Shown: positions 21,645 through 31,334 of the stretch, one piece after another
Layout of the letters: each line of letters opens with the position of its first letter
Numbering within the stretch: position 1 is the first letter of the stretch
Assembly: GCA_964631145.1 (NCBI GenBank)
Contig: CAZVXT010000003.1
Span: 2,750 to 66,749 of the forward strand
DNA: 64,000 nt
Reading direction: 5' to 3'
Source: an uncultured Candidatus Saccharibacteria bacterium
GTDB lineage: Bacteria > Patescibacteriota > Doudnabacteria > UBA920
Notes under the pieces: generated by a model
Seen by the model: the letters and a program-made list of their open reading frames with translations, nothing else
What the model was told of the DNA's origin: nothing
The model's database searches: none
Made by a program: the position numbers and the translations under genes

Positions 21645-22844
21645 ATGACTGATGTAAAAATTAACCCAAATACTCTTTGCGTTTGTGGTAGTGAAAAAAA
21701 ATTTAAGTATTGTTGTAGATATAAATATGCTGCAACTAATTTTCGAGTTCCCCAAGTACCAGTAGAAGTAGTGCAGTATTTTGCCAAAAAGAACCAAGAG
21801 CTCGAAACAATGAAAGCAATGGGAATACATATAAACTATGTTCGCCCTATTGTGCATCAAGGTGGAAAAATGTGGGTATTGGGTGACTGTGTATACAAGG
21901 GTCAGATAGGTGAGACCTTCCATGAATTTATCATTGGTGTTTTAGGTAGTACTTTGGGTAATGAATGGCTGCAGGCTCAGTTTGCTTTGCCAGAAAGCGA
22001 AAGACATTATATTGCTACTAGCTTTATAAAGTTTGAAGAGTGGAAGGCGAAAAATATATCAGTAACAGAAATAGTTATTAATGGACGAGCACATGCTACA
22101 TCTGATGGATGGACTAAAACTTTACTTGCTTTAGCTTTTGATATTGCTAGCTTGCAGCATACATTGCAATTGCCCAATAGTTTATTAGAGCGCCTTAAAG
22201 GCAAAGACTCTTACCAGGGGGCTCGTTATGAAATTGCAATTGCTGCAATTTTTGCAAGACTGGGTTGTAAAATTGAGTTCTTGGATGATGCTTTTCCTGC
22301 TCATTTAAAACACTGTGAATTTATTGCTACTCACAATGAAACTGGGGTTAAGGTTGCTGTGGAAGCGAAAAGTCGCCATAGGGAAGGCGTGCTGAATACA
22401 GCTGGAGAACAAGACGCAGAAAAAATTGTTAAGGGGGATGTTCGCAAGCTTGTAAAAAATGCTATGAAGCAAAACCCGAATGATGTACCGTTCATGGTTT
22501 TTGTGGATGTAAATGTTCCCATAGATGGTGCAGAGACATCCTTTGACAAAAAGTGGGTGCAAGACGTAATGAGTTTTATGACTAAACAAATTTGTTCACA
22601 AGAAGACCCGTCACCACATAATGGAGTCTTCTTCACTAACTATTCATTTCATTACCAAAATGAAGATGATGCAGTGAATGGTGAGAATTTAAGTGTAGTC
22701 CCTCAATTCTCAAGGTTTCCGTTACCTAACCCCGAGTTTTCTAGTATGCTATCGGCTGCACTTAGATATTATGGTAACATTCCGAATTTAGATGTCGATG
22801 ACGACTTAGATGAGAATGGTCGCTTGCGAAGTAGTCCTAACTAG
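21645..22844 (+). CDS. SEC-C-motif protein with a putative PD-(D/E)xK nuclease-like core.
   Basis: N-terminal CVCGSEKKFKYCC (SEC-C zinc motif). Central FLDD ... VAVEAKSRH resembles a D ... ExK signature. Confidence 0.45.
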   Translation: MTDVKINPNTLCVCGSEKKFKYCCRYKYAATNFRVPQVPVEVVQYFAKKNQELETMKAMGIHINYVRPIVHQGGKMWVLGDCVYKGQIGETFHEFIIGVLGSTLGNEWLQAQFALPESERHYIATSFIKFEEWKAKNISVTEIVINGRAHATSDGWTKTLLALAFDIASLQHTLQLPNSLLERLKGKDSYQGARYEIAIAAIFARLGCKIEFLDDAFPAHLKHCEFIATHNETGVKVAVEAKSRHREGVLNTAGEQDAEKIVKGDVRKLVKNAMKQNPNDVPFMVFVDVNVPIDGAETSFDKKWVQDVMSFMTKQICSQEDPSPHNGVFFTNYSFHYQNEDDAVNGENLSVVPQFSRFPLPNPEFSSMLSAALRYYGNIPNLDVDDDLDENGRLRSSPN

Positions 22845-23030
22845 ATGCTATAATATTATTACAATTTAATTGCCTAAACCCACTGTGCAAGCATGGGCAT
22901 GGCAGTAAAACCTAAAGTATATAGAACCCTCGTCCAAGGGCTTACTTTAGGTAATACAGGGAAACTTGTATTGGTGTCGTAAGACATCTCTTGGCGGGGG
23001 CTTTGTGTTTTCCGTCAAAGAAAGGAAAAA

Positions 23031-23261
23031 ATGTTTAATAAAATAACTATGTCCTTAATAGCTGTCTCAGCCTTACTCTTTAGCATTAGCTATGCTTTTG
23101 GACAGTATGTGGAAGCCAAAGACCATAACTTAGCTGTATTAAAGCCGTTATTGGACTTATGTTTCAGTGCTGAAGGCTTGACTACTGAAACTGTTCAGCA
23201 GTGTACAGAATTAAATAAAAAACAATTTATTTTTAAGTACCCTGTTTTACCTCATAAATAA
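23031..23261 (+). CDS. Small secreted protein.
   Basis: Signal-peptide-like N-terminus; 76 aa. Confidence 0.35.
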   Translation: MFNKITMSLIAVSALLFSISYAFGQYVEAKDHNLAVLKPLLDLCFSAEGLTTETVQQCTELNKKQFIFKYPVLPHK

Positions 23262-23339
23262 GCTACTTATTTTACCTAAAATTGTAAATATAAAGTGAGT
23301 AGTTTTTAAATTAACTGATATAATATAGATAACTGAATA

Positions 23340-23380
23340 ACCGACATACACCCCACTTTGGGGGTATTGTCGGTTTTTTA
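23340..23380 (+). terminator. Rho-independent terminator.
   Basis: ccgaca ... ccccactttggggg ... tgtcgg followed by T6. Confidence 0.55.
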
Positions 23381-23397
23381 ATTAAATAGGCTAGTAT

Positions 23398-23480
23398 TTG
23401 CAAGAAGAGTTCACTGATAACTGGATAGAGCCATAAGCTTGCAAAACTATCCAGCTATCAGTGAATTTTTATTTGTTTTG
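23398..23480 (+). other. Nested inverted repeats (19-bp arms) forming a large hairpin followed by a T-run.
   Basis: ttcactgataactggatag pairs with ctatccagctatcagtgaa; ttgcaag pairs with cttgcaa. Confidence 0.5.
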
Positions 23481-23822
23481 CTTTGCCCTATTAGTTTATC
23501 CGTAGCTAACAGGGCAGGGGTAAAGTAAGTAATACTTCGTCTCCCTCCAGTCTCTACAAGACAGCTTACGGACGTAAAAAGAGTAAGTGGCACGTGTGCC
23601 AGATAACGAAAACCTCATAATTGGCAAATTTTACGTATAAACATTGTATTTAGTGATAACTTCCAGCTGGGAGTGTGGCAGAGAAAGGCTGTAATTCCTT
23701 TCCCACCTATAGTAAGTAGTATAAATAATGAATAATGTATTGGTGTATATGTCTATTAGGAAGTGGCTTGTGGGTGGTGGGGGTTATGTATACTTATATA
23801 CTTATTATTAATATGTAGAAAA

Positions 23823-23990
23823 ATGAAAAACAAAAACTACAAGAAAACCCGGTTTAAGAAACTTATCCGTATTGCTCCAAAACAGTTAGAGTATGTGCGT
23901 GATATTAGAGCAGGTTATACATTAGCTGGTAGGCTAGATGAAATAATAAACTTTTACCGCAAGTATAAGAAAAATTCTCCTACTTCTTGA
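23823..23990 (+). CDS. Small basic protein, possibly a ribbon-helix-helix DNA-binding protein.
   Basis: KKTRFKKLIRIAPKQLEYVRDIRAGYTLAGRLDEII fits a beta-strand, helix, helix pattern. Internal start chosen. Confidence 0.3.
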   Translation: MKNKNYKKTRFKKLIRIAPKQLEYVRDIRAGYTLAGRLDEIINFYRKYKKNSPTS

Positions 23991-24073
23991 GAAAAACAGC
24001 ATTTTTGATATAATAAAGGAAATTAATGCTAGCATAAGAAACTAGCTTTTATTTCTTTCAACAAATAGTGAAC

Positions 24074-24260
24074 ACCTCCTTTCTAAGGAATATTTCGCTT
24101 CTTGTTCGTTTTTCGAAACAGCAAGTGCGACAATAAAGCTAGTTTGTTTTAAACAAACAGCTCCGTTGGTCGTCGTTAATTTTTCCGAAAATTAGCGCAT
24201 CTTTCAAAAGACTTGTAGTCGGTTCATTTCAGTCACTATGTAGTTGTGAAAAAATAAAAT
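24074..24260 (+). repeat. Direct repeat copy 2 (attR-like).
   Basis: Appears identical to 19157..19343. Confidence 0.8.
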
Positions 24261-24261
24261 T

Positions 24262-24286
24262 CACCCATTAGGGTGTTTTTTTGTTG
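24262..24286 (+). terminator. Rho-independent terminator.
   Basis: cacccattagggtg followed by T7. Confidence 0.6.
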
Positions 24287-24363
24287 CCTAATTTATCTGG
24301 ATATTATTTAAATTTAAAACAGATTTTATCTAATAGGTTGTATTCTTAAAATATAAAATATCA

Positions 24364-25479
24364 ATGGAGGATTTTATGAAGATAATGTTTGCTTGCTTAT
24401 TGAGTTATGTATTTGTTTTAAATATATTTGCACAAGCAGTAGGTGTAATGCCTTTAGTAGGTGTTAAGCAATATAATGGAACTTATGCAGGGAGTTTTGG
24501 CACAGGTATTTTTGGTTATAGCACTTTATACCGTGATAATCAGGATAATGGTTTAACAAGTGGATGTAGGGGTGATGGTTGTGGTCGTCACCCAGGAGTA
24601 GATATTCCTGTATCGTCAGGAACATCAGTTTATTCTGCTTTAAATGGACAGGTTGTTATTTCTCGCTGCGATCCCACATGGGGAGGTTTAATTGTCATCA
24701 AAGCCCGTAATCCATACACTTTAGATGAGCCTATAAATATAATTTATGGGCACCTTTCTAATAGAGTGACGCAAAATGGTAGTAGTATTGTTGCAGGGAT
24801 GTATGTAAACGCTGGCGATAAAATTGGTAATAGTGGCGGCAGGTCAGGCATCGATCCATGCAGTGGCAGATCTACTGGGGCTCATTTACATTTTCAAATT
24901 GATAAAAACATCGGAAGTTATGAACCATACTTTCCAAATTTAAACAGTTTAAATTACTCTGATCAAAACTATGAAGTTTCTAGTCGCACGTATAATCCAA
25001 TCGTCTTTTTACAAGGTGGTTATAAGTGGAGCTTCGGAGAAATTAATAACCGTGAGTTGTGGGACATTTTTAATTTTCAAAGCTTTGGTGTTTCTGGCGA
25101 TGCTTTGTGGTTAGACGGATCGCAGGATCCATACATACAACATGGAGGTTTTACTAACTGCGGGTTAAGTGTGAAATGTAGTAGCGGTTTAAGCATAGAA
25201 GCTTCGCAGGCAAAATACCTAACAATGGATATGTATAATCGATGTGTGAGTGGTTTGGGTAAAATTTATTTTACCACTAATCAAGAACCATTTTTTGATG
25301 AAATCAAAACTTTATCATATATAGTTGTTTCTACAGGAGCATTGCAGCCAAAAATTTATACACTCAACCATTATAAATGGCGTGGGTTAATTACTGGGTT
25401 GCGAATAGACCCTGCAGAAAATTGTTCTCCTGCTTTTGACCCTAATTATTTTGGCGAAATAAAACTATCGTGGCAGTAA
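24364..25479 (+). CDS. M23-family metallopeptidase (LytM-like) with a C-terminal extension.
   Basis: HPGVDI ... and ... GAHLHFQI zinc-ligand motifs; signal peptide. Confidence 0.75.
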   Translation: MEDFMKIMFACLLSYVFVLNIFAQAVGVMPLVGVKQYNGTYAGSFGTGIFGYSTLYRDNQDNGLTSGCRGDGCGRHPGVDIPVSSGTSVYSALNGQVVISRCDPTWGGLIVIKARNPYTLDEPINIIYGHLSNRVTQNGSSIVAGMYVNAGDKIGNSGGRSGIDPCSGRSTGAHLHFQIDKNIGSYEPYFPNLNSLNYSDQNYEVSSRTYNPIVFLQGGYKWSFGEINNRELWDIFNFQSFGVSGDALWLDGSQDPYIQHGGFTNCGLSVKCSSGLSIEASQAKYLTMDMYNRCVSGLGKIYFTTNQEPFFDEIKTLSYIVVSTGALQPKIYTLNHYKWRGLITGLRIDPAENCSPAFDPNYFGEIKLSWQ

Positions 25480-25579
25480 ATTATTATCAAGTATTTTTAA
25501 AGCCGGGATTTATCCTTGGCTTTTTATTTTTAGAATAATTTATATTTAAAATTTTCAGATTTACTCGATAAGTAATTTA

Positions 25580-26338
25580 TTGTATAATATGTTTATGATA
25601 TATACTTATTTATACACGTTTTTAAGTGTTGCGGTGGTCAGTGTTGTTTCTTTAATAGGTATTTTTACGATCGGTATAAATGAATCTTTCTTGCGTAAAG
25701 TTTTGCAGTATGTAATTAGTTTTTCTGCTGGAGCTTTGCTGGGAGATGTGTTCTTACATGTTTTGCCAGAGATGGGTCAAGATGGGTTTGCTATTAAATC
25801 CGGATTGTATTTATTATTAGGCATAGTAATATTTTTCTTATTAGAAAAATATATTTTATGGCACCATGATCATGGTGAGCATGAAGAGTCTGTACATTCT
25901 ACAACTTACTTAACTATATTCGGGGATGCTTTGCATAACTTTATTGATGGACTTATAATTGCTGCAAGTTTTTTGGTAAGTATACCACTTGGGATTACAA
26001 CTACTATTGCAGTTGTGTTCCACGAAATACCTCAAGAAATTGGACAGTTTGCAATTTTAATCCATGGTGGTTGGAGTAAAGCAAAAGCTCTTTGGTATAA
26101 TTTTGTTTCTGCGGTTACATCAGTGCTTGGAGCTGCGGTAGTGTTATTTTTAGCTCCACAGTTAAAAGATGCGCCTATGGCATTGTTGTCATTCGCAGCC
26201 GCTAGTTTTATTTATATAGCTATGTCAGATATTATCCCAGAATTACATAAAGAAAAAAATATAAAAAAATCTTTATGGCAAGTTTTTTCTTTTGTGATAG
26301 GGGTTATGGTTATGCTTTTATTAATTTATTTAGAATAA
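25580..26338 (+). CDS. ZIP-family metal transporter.
   Basis: His-rich loop HHDHGEHEE and HEIPQEIGQFAIL; several TM helices. Confidence 0.8.
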   Translation: MYNMFMIYTYLYTFLSVAVVSVVSLIGIFTIGINESFLRKVLQYVISFSAGALLGDVFLHVLPEMGQDGFAIKSGLYLLLGIVIFFLLEKYILWHHDHGEHEESVHSTTYLTIFGDALHNFIDGLIIAASFLVSIPLGITTTIAVVFHEIPQEIGQFAILIHGGWSKAKALWYNFVSAVTSVLGAAVVLFLAPQLKDAPMALLSFAAASFIYIAMSDIIPELHKEKNIKKSLWQVFSFVIGVMVMLLLIYLE

Positions 26339-26497
26339 ATGCTAAATACTAAAATAGAACCTAAAGGTGAACGTTGGTTTATTTGGACAATGGTATTTCT
26401 ATTGGTTTCTGGGGTGTCGTTGGTTAGTTATATTATGATTACAGATATCGGTAATACTCAAGTAACAGATATAACGGCTAGTTTTATTAAAGTAAGA
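26339..26497 (+). CDS. Possible 52-aa small membrane protein; below the ORF-track length cut-off.
   Basis: ATG immediately follows the ZIP stop codon; one TM helix; followed by a terminator. Confidence 0.25.
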
Positions 26498-26502
26498 CAC
26501 CG

Positions 26503-26538
26503 TTAATAAAAATCAGCCTCTAAGAGGTTGATTTTTTT
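26503..26538 (+). terminator. Rho-independent terminator.
   Basis: cagcctct-aa-gaggttg followed by T8. Confidence 0.55.
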
Positions 26539-26570
26539 TGTTAACTATGATATAATAACTATATAGTTAA

Positions 26571-27896
26571 GTGATTAGCAAAGCTAATAACGAAACAAAA
26601 ACAAAAATACAAATGAATAATCTTTACTCAGCTGTTGAATGGCAAAGTTTTTTTGACTTTTCTATTCCAACTTTTGCTAAATGGGGGAGAGGCGTTAGAA
26701 ATCATATAATCCCTCATGAGCAAAACAATTATCATCCTCACATATTAAGCCATCGTTTGTTGGCTTTGTTTTCGGTACTAGCAGTAACAATTAAAATTGC
26801 CAGTATTTCTTTTGTTGCTCTTGGTCCTGTAACAACAGCAGAGGCTTCTGTTATTTCTTCTGAAACTGTATTAAGCTTAACTAACTCTGCTCGTACTGAA
26901 AATTCTTTATCAGAATTAAAGATGAGTGGATTGCTTTCTAAGGCAGCGCAGAATAAAGCTGATGACATGTTGGCTAAACAATATTTTTCTCACAACACTC
27001 CTGAGGGAAATACACCTTGGACTTTTATCAAGACAGTTGGCTATAGCTATACTACAGCAGGAGAAAATTTGGCTATAGATTTTTCTGATGCTGAAAGTGT
27101 TCAAACAGCTTGGATGAATAGTCCAGGACATCGAGCAAATATTTTAAACAAAAACTTTAAAGAAATAGGAATAGGTATTGCTAAAGGAATGTTTGACAAT
27201 CATCAAACCACAATTGTTGTTCAGATGTTTGGAACTCCAATCGCACAGCAGTTAGATTTGAAGTCAGAGGTAACTCATGTTGAAGAAGCAAAGCCTGTAC
27301 AAAATGTAGAGGCTGATCAGCCTTCTGCTGTTGCAGTAAGCGAGAAGTCAAAAACAGTTTACACCGCTCCTCTTGTACCAAATACTGTTTCTCAACCAGT
27401 TGCTGATCGATCTCAAGATTTAAAAATAGTTGAAACAAAAACTTCTTTGCAAGGTGACAATTTTAATATAGAAGTTGACACTTTGGGCAACATTGCAAAG
27501 CTGATGGTCTTTTATGGAAACAAGTCAGTTATACTTCAACCTATTAGTAATAATTTATGGCAGGGTCAAATCAAGATGGCTAACATAGGACCATTTGATA
27601 ACATGTATGTTCAGGCTTCTGATATTAATGGTAATATGCACCAAGAACCAATAGCTCAATTTTCTTCTCATCTTACAGGTGTAAAACCTGGAGAAGTAGA
27701 GGGTGCAACAGTTACGGTTTTGGGTAATCATATTAATGTAGGATTTTTGGAAGAACGTGCATTTATGATTATGCTCGCTGGTTTATTGGTAGCACTGATT
27801 TTGGCTATCGCTATTAAGAGGCACATTCAACATTTAAGCTTGATAGCCAATACTTCTTTTGTGGCTATCCTTATAGCAATGCTAATGATGGTTTAA
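26571..27896 (+). CDS. CAP/SCP/PR1-domain protein, membrane-anchored.
   Basis: YFSHNTPEG ... GENLA ... SPGHRANIL (CAP motifs); N- and C-terminal TM helices. Confidence 0.7.
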   Translation: MISKANNETKTKIQMNNLYSAVEWQSFFDFSIPTFAKWGRGVRNHIIPHEQNNYHPHILSHRLLALFSVLAVTIKIASISFVALGPVTTAEASVISSETVLSLTNSARTENSLSELKMSGLLSKAAQNKADDMLAKQYFSHNTPEGNTPWTFIKTVGYSYTTAGENLAIDFSDAESVQTAWMNSPGHRANILNKNFKEIGIGIAKGMFDNHQTTIVVQMFGTPIAQQLDLKSEVTHVEEAKPVQNVEADQPSAVAVSEKSKTVYTAPLVPNTVSQPVADRSQDLKIVETKTSLQGDNFNIEVDTLGNIAKLMVFYGNKSVILQPISNNLWQGQIKMANIGPFDNMYVQASDINGNMHQEPIAQFSSHLTGVKPGEVEGATVTVLGNHINVGFLEERAFMIMLAGLLVALILAIAIKRHIQHLSLIANTSFVAILIAMLMMV

Positions 27897-27920
27897 ATTA
27901 TAAAATATAATTTTATTGAT

Positions 27921-27945
27921 AATATAAAAAAACTCCATTTGGAGT
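27921..27945. terminator. Terminator.
   Basis: aactcca-ttt-ggagtt followed by T7. Confidence 0.6.
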
Positions 27946-28022
27946 TTTTTTATTCTGGTGGGCGTGCCAGGAATTGAACCTGGGACCTCGTCATTATCAG
28001 TGACGCGCTCTAACCAACTGAG
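27946..28022 (-). tRNA. tRNA-Ile(GAT) with encoded CCA.
   Basis: Minus-strand cloverleaf with anticodon loop CTGATAA and T-arm GGTTCAATTCC. Confidence 0.85.
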
Positions 28023-28081
28023 CTACACGCCCAAATTAGATACTTGGGTATTTTAGCAATAATATCAAAAAAAATCAACGG

Positions 28082-28405
28082 CTAATTTTGTGGCATTGCT
28101 ATACTGGCAGTTCCAAAATCAAGCACTCCTCCCATCCATAAAACTGCTAAAATCATAAAAGCCAATCCCAATAGCTTGTAAAAAGTATAAGTACCTCCAA
28201 AGGTAGGGGTTATATACTGTTCAGCAAAATCTAATTTACCACTTTGGTATGTTATCCATACTGAGTATTTCATCAATAAAAAGCCAATAACAATTAGAAT
28301 AGGTCCTAATATAAATCTCATACTATATATTATATCATTTGATTTTAAAATATTTTTGATTTTGAAACAGTTTACTAGCATTTTCGATATACATAGTATA
28401 AGCAT
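28082..28405 (-). CDS. Small membrane protein.
   Basis: Three hydrophobic helices. Confidence 0.4.
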   Translation of the reverse strand: MLILCISKMLVNCFKIKNILKSNDIIYSMRFILGPILIVIGFLLMKYSVWITYQSGKLDFAEQYITPTFGGTYTFYKLLGLAFMILAVLWMGGVLDFGTASIAMPQN

Positions 28406-28428
28406 TAATATAATAAGGAGCTAAAATT

Positions 28429-28611
28429 ATGGCAAAATATGGAAAAGCTGCTCAAAATAAAATTGAAAAAGTAATGCATGAATTTAAGAAAGGTGATTTA
28501 AAAAGTGGTCGTAGTGGTAAGACGGTAAAAAATCCTAAGCAGGCAGTGGCTATTGGTATTTCTGAAGCTAAAGAAATGGGTGCTAAAGTACCAAAGAAGA
28601 AAAAACAATAA
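28429..28611 (+). CDS. Small lysine-rich conserved protein.
   Basis: 60 aa; KQAVAIGISEAKEMG motif; Shine-Dalgarno AAGGAG upstream. Confidence 0.5.
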   Translation: MAKYGKAAQNKIEKVMHEFKKGDLKSGRSGKTVKNPKQAVAIGISEAKEMGAKVPKKKKQ

Positions 28612-28627
28612 ATACAATTTATAATAA

Positions 28628-28655
28628 AAAACCCGCCTAATGGCGGGTTTTTTTA
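28628..28655. terminator. Terminator.
   Basis: aacccgcc-taat-ggcgggtt followed by T7. Confidence 0.7.
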
Positions 28656-28731
28656 TGGTGGACCCCAGCGGACTCGAACCGCTCACCTCCTCGGTGCAAA
28701 CGAGGCGCTCTACCAGATGAGCTAGGGGCCC
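28656..28731 (-). tRNA. tRNA-Ala(TGC) with G3:U70 and encoded CCA.
   Basis: Minus-strand cloverleaf with anticodon loop TTTGCAC and G3:U70 in the acceptor stem. Confidence 0.85.
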
Positions 28732-28778
28732 TTTTATATAAATTTCTAACTTACTTATTATAGCAAGGCGATTTAATT

Positions 28779-28807
28779 TTGACAATACTTGGATTATCTA
28801 TTATTCT
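28779..28807 (+). promoter_or_regulatory. Putative promoter for the pilM operon.
   Basis: TTGACA, 17-nt spacer, TATTCT. Confidence 0.35.
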
Positions 28808-28843
28808 AATTTTGAGAAAACCTTACAAGAAACAAAAAATAAA

Positions 28844-29854
28844 ATGTGGTTTGGAAAAGATAAATCTATTTTAGGTATTGATATTGGCACCTCTACTATT
28901 AAGATGGTCCAAATTGATCAAGATAAAAAATCCCTTAAAACTTACGGGATTGTTGATTTGATTGAGCCTATTACAGCTCAAACGAGTACAGAAGTTATTG
29001 ATCAAACAGCACAATTATTGTCTAGTTTGATATCAAAAGCTGGAGCAACTACTAGAAAGAGCGCTGTTAGTTTGCCAAATTCGGCAGTTTTTACTTCAGT
29101 TATAGAATTGCCAAAAATGGCAGATAGTGAATTAGAGCAAGCTTTAGGTTTTGAAGCAAAAAAATACATACCACTTCCTTTATCAGAAGTTTCTTTAACA
29201 TGGACAAATATCGCAGATGATGCGGCGACAAGTACAATGAAAATTTTGTTAATTGCCGTTCCAAAAATGACTAGAGATGTATTTTTGAAAATATTTCAGC
29301 AAGCAGGACTTGATTTAGAAGTTGTAGAGATAGAACCATTAGCACTTGTCCGCAGTTTAGTCACAGATATTTCAAAGAATGATGTTATAATTGATATAGG
29401 TGCAAAAGTTACTGCAATTAATTTTATTAAACAAGGTTTGTTGCAGTTAACAAGAACGATAAATGTTGGCGGCGATACTCTTACAGATAAAATTGCACAG
29501 AGCTTAAATTTACAATTTGATAGAGCAGAACAATTTAAGAGAGACTTTGGTTTAAATAATACAGAATTTTTACCAGAAACTTTAAAGCCTGTACTCTCTA
29601 GTATTAAGCAAGAAGTTAAGCAAGTTATAGATATTTACAAATCTCATAGTATAAATACTGATCGCATTGTTTTGGTTGGTGGTGGATCACAGATGCCAGG
29701 TATAACAGAATTTTTTAAAGATTTGGTACCAGAAGTGGTATTGGGAAGCGTTTTGTCCCGAATTAATTATGATTCAAATATTGAATCTCCTTTAAAAAGG
29801 TATAGTACTCAACTGCCAATAGCTATAGGTTTGGCATTGAGAGAAAACGACTAA
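28844..29854 (+). CDS. pilM: Type IV pilus assembly protein PilM.
   Basis: Actin-like ATPase fold with N-terminal ILGIDIGTSTIK. Confidence 0.8.
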   Translation: MWFGKDKSILGIDIGTSTIKMVQIDQDKKSLKTYGIVDLIEPITAQTSTEVIDQTAQLLSSLISKAGATTRKSAVSLPNSAVFTSVIELPKMADSELEQALGFEAKKYIPLPLSEVSLTWTNIADDAATSTMKILLIAVPKMTRDVFLKIFQQAGLDLEVVEIEPLALVRSLVTDISKNDVIIDIGAKVTAINFIKQGLLQLTRTINVGGDTLTDKIAQSLNLQFDRAEQFKRDFGLNNTEFLPETLKPVLSSIKQEVKQVIDIYKSHSINTDRIVLVGGGSQMPGITEFFKDLVPEVVLGSVLSRINYDSNIESPLKRYSTQLPIAIGLALREND

Positions 29855-29855
29855 A

Positions 29856-30440
29856 ATGGCAGATATTAATTTATTAAATCCAGAAAATTCTACATCTACA
29901 GCCCTCAGGGTTTCTACTGAGCGCATTTTTGAAAGACTTATGATGGCTTTAGTTATTTTGCTTATTGCTGCTTACGGGGTGTTTATTGGATTAAATTATT
30001 TAAATCAAAAGCAAATTGATAAAGAAGAGGCAACTGTAAAGTCTTTCCAGTCAGAAATTAGCAGCAATTCTAAAAGACAAGAGTTGATTACTAGGCAAGG
30101 GCAAGTAGAGGAAGTTAATAAGCTTTTGGCTAAACATATGTATTGGTCCAAGCTCCTGCCAGAATTATCTAGAGTGACTTTAAAGTCTGCTAATTATTCT
30201 GGTATGCAAGTTGCTGGGGATGGTAGTTTGGATTTGACTGTTACAACGCCAAGTTATTCTGATGCAGAAAAGTTTTTGCAGGTTTTTGATTTGCCTGAAT
30301 ATAACAAGATGTTTTCTAACGTCAAAATTATGTCTTTAAGCCGAACTCAAAAAGATCAACAACTCCAAACAATCATGAGAATTAAGCTAACAATCAATCC
30401 AGAATTATTCTCTAGTAAGCCTTTATATAACAATAATTAA
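29856..30440 (+). CDS. pilN: PilN-like protein.
   Basis: Single TM helix plus coiled coil; operon position. Confidence 0.6.
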   Translation: MADINLLNPENSTSTALRVSTERIFERLMMALVILLIAAYGVFIGLNYLNQKQIDKEEATVKSFQSEISSNSKRQELITRQGQVEEVNKLLAKHMYWSKLLPELSRVTLKSANYSGMQVAGDGSLDLTVTTPSYSDAEKFLQVFDLPEYNKMFSNVKIMSLSRTQKDQQLQTIMRIKLTINPELFSSKPLYNNN

Positions 30441-30447
30441 TAGCAAC

Positions 30448-31056
30448 ATGAGTACCTTTAAAGAAAGATTAAATAGCATGCCAAGGGCGCAGCTTGGAAA
30501 CCCGTTGATGCATATCATTGTTTTGGCAGTTATTGCTGGATTGTTTACTTGGTTTATATTGATTCCTAAATATCAAGCTTATAGTGCTAATAAAGATCGC
30601 TTGGATGGTATGCAAAAGCAAAGATTGTCTTTGCAAAATGACACCAAAGACCTAAATAGACTTATAGAGTCTTTAGATTCTTCTAAAGAAGATGTTAAAT
30701 TGTTGGATGAAGCATTGCCTTTATCTGACCGTGCAACTCGCACTAGCGTATTAATAGAGAATTATGCAATATCTTCTGGGTTGCAATTAGCTCAGTTAAA
30801 TGTAGATGGAATAGAAGATACTCTAAGTGCTGGTAATAAAAAAGATTTAACAACCCCTTACGATCAACAAAGAAAGCTAACACCTTCAAGGATGACTGTG
30901 TCTGTTACAGGTACAGTCGAGCAATTTAGAAATTTCTTAGAATTGTTAGAAAAATCTGGACGTATTATTGATGTTGAAAATTTGGATGTTGTAACTAGCG
31001 AATCATTAGTAAAGTTTACAGTTATACTTAATACTTATTCTTATCTAGCCCAGTAA
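30448..31056 (+). CDS. pilO: PilO-like protein.
   Basis: TM helix plus coiled coil; operon position. Confidence 0.55.
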   Translation: MSTFKERLNSMPRAQLGNPLMHIIVLAVIAGLFTWFILIPKYQAYSANKDRLDGMQKQRLSLQNDTKDLNRLIESLDSSKEDVKLLDEALPLSDRATRTSVLIENYAISSGLQLAQLNVDGIEDTLSAGNKKDLTTPYDQQRKLTPSRMTVSVTGTVEQFRNFLELLEKSGRIIDVENLDVVTSESLVKFTVILNTYSYLAQ

Positions 31057-31057
31057 T

Positions 31058-31333
31058 ATGACTAAAAAACAAATTTTTGCATTAATTGTAATCATTATAT
31101 CTTTTGGCGGAGCTATTGTTATGGCTTTTTTGACCTGGCGCCAGTTAACACCGCGTAATAAATTTTCACTTACTCAAAATGCAGTCACTCAATCTGGGAG
31201 CGCTATTTTACCAAAAGGTAATCAATTAGACTTTGATTCTTTAAAGAACTTCAATTCTAATAAAACGCTATTTCCTTATCCTGTGGTCAATCCTTCCGAA
31301 GTCGGTAGTACTTTAAATAATTTGATTAAATAA
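31058..31333 (+). CDS. Small membrane-anchored protein (PilP-like position).
   Basis: N-terminal TM helix; 91 aa. Confidence 0.4.
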   Translation: MTKKQIFALIVIIISFGGAIVMAFLTWRQLTPRNKFSLTQNAVTQSGSAILPKGNQLDFDSLKNFNSNKTLFPYPVVNPSEVGSTLNNLIK

Positions 31334-31334
31334 G

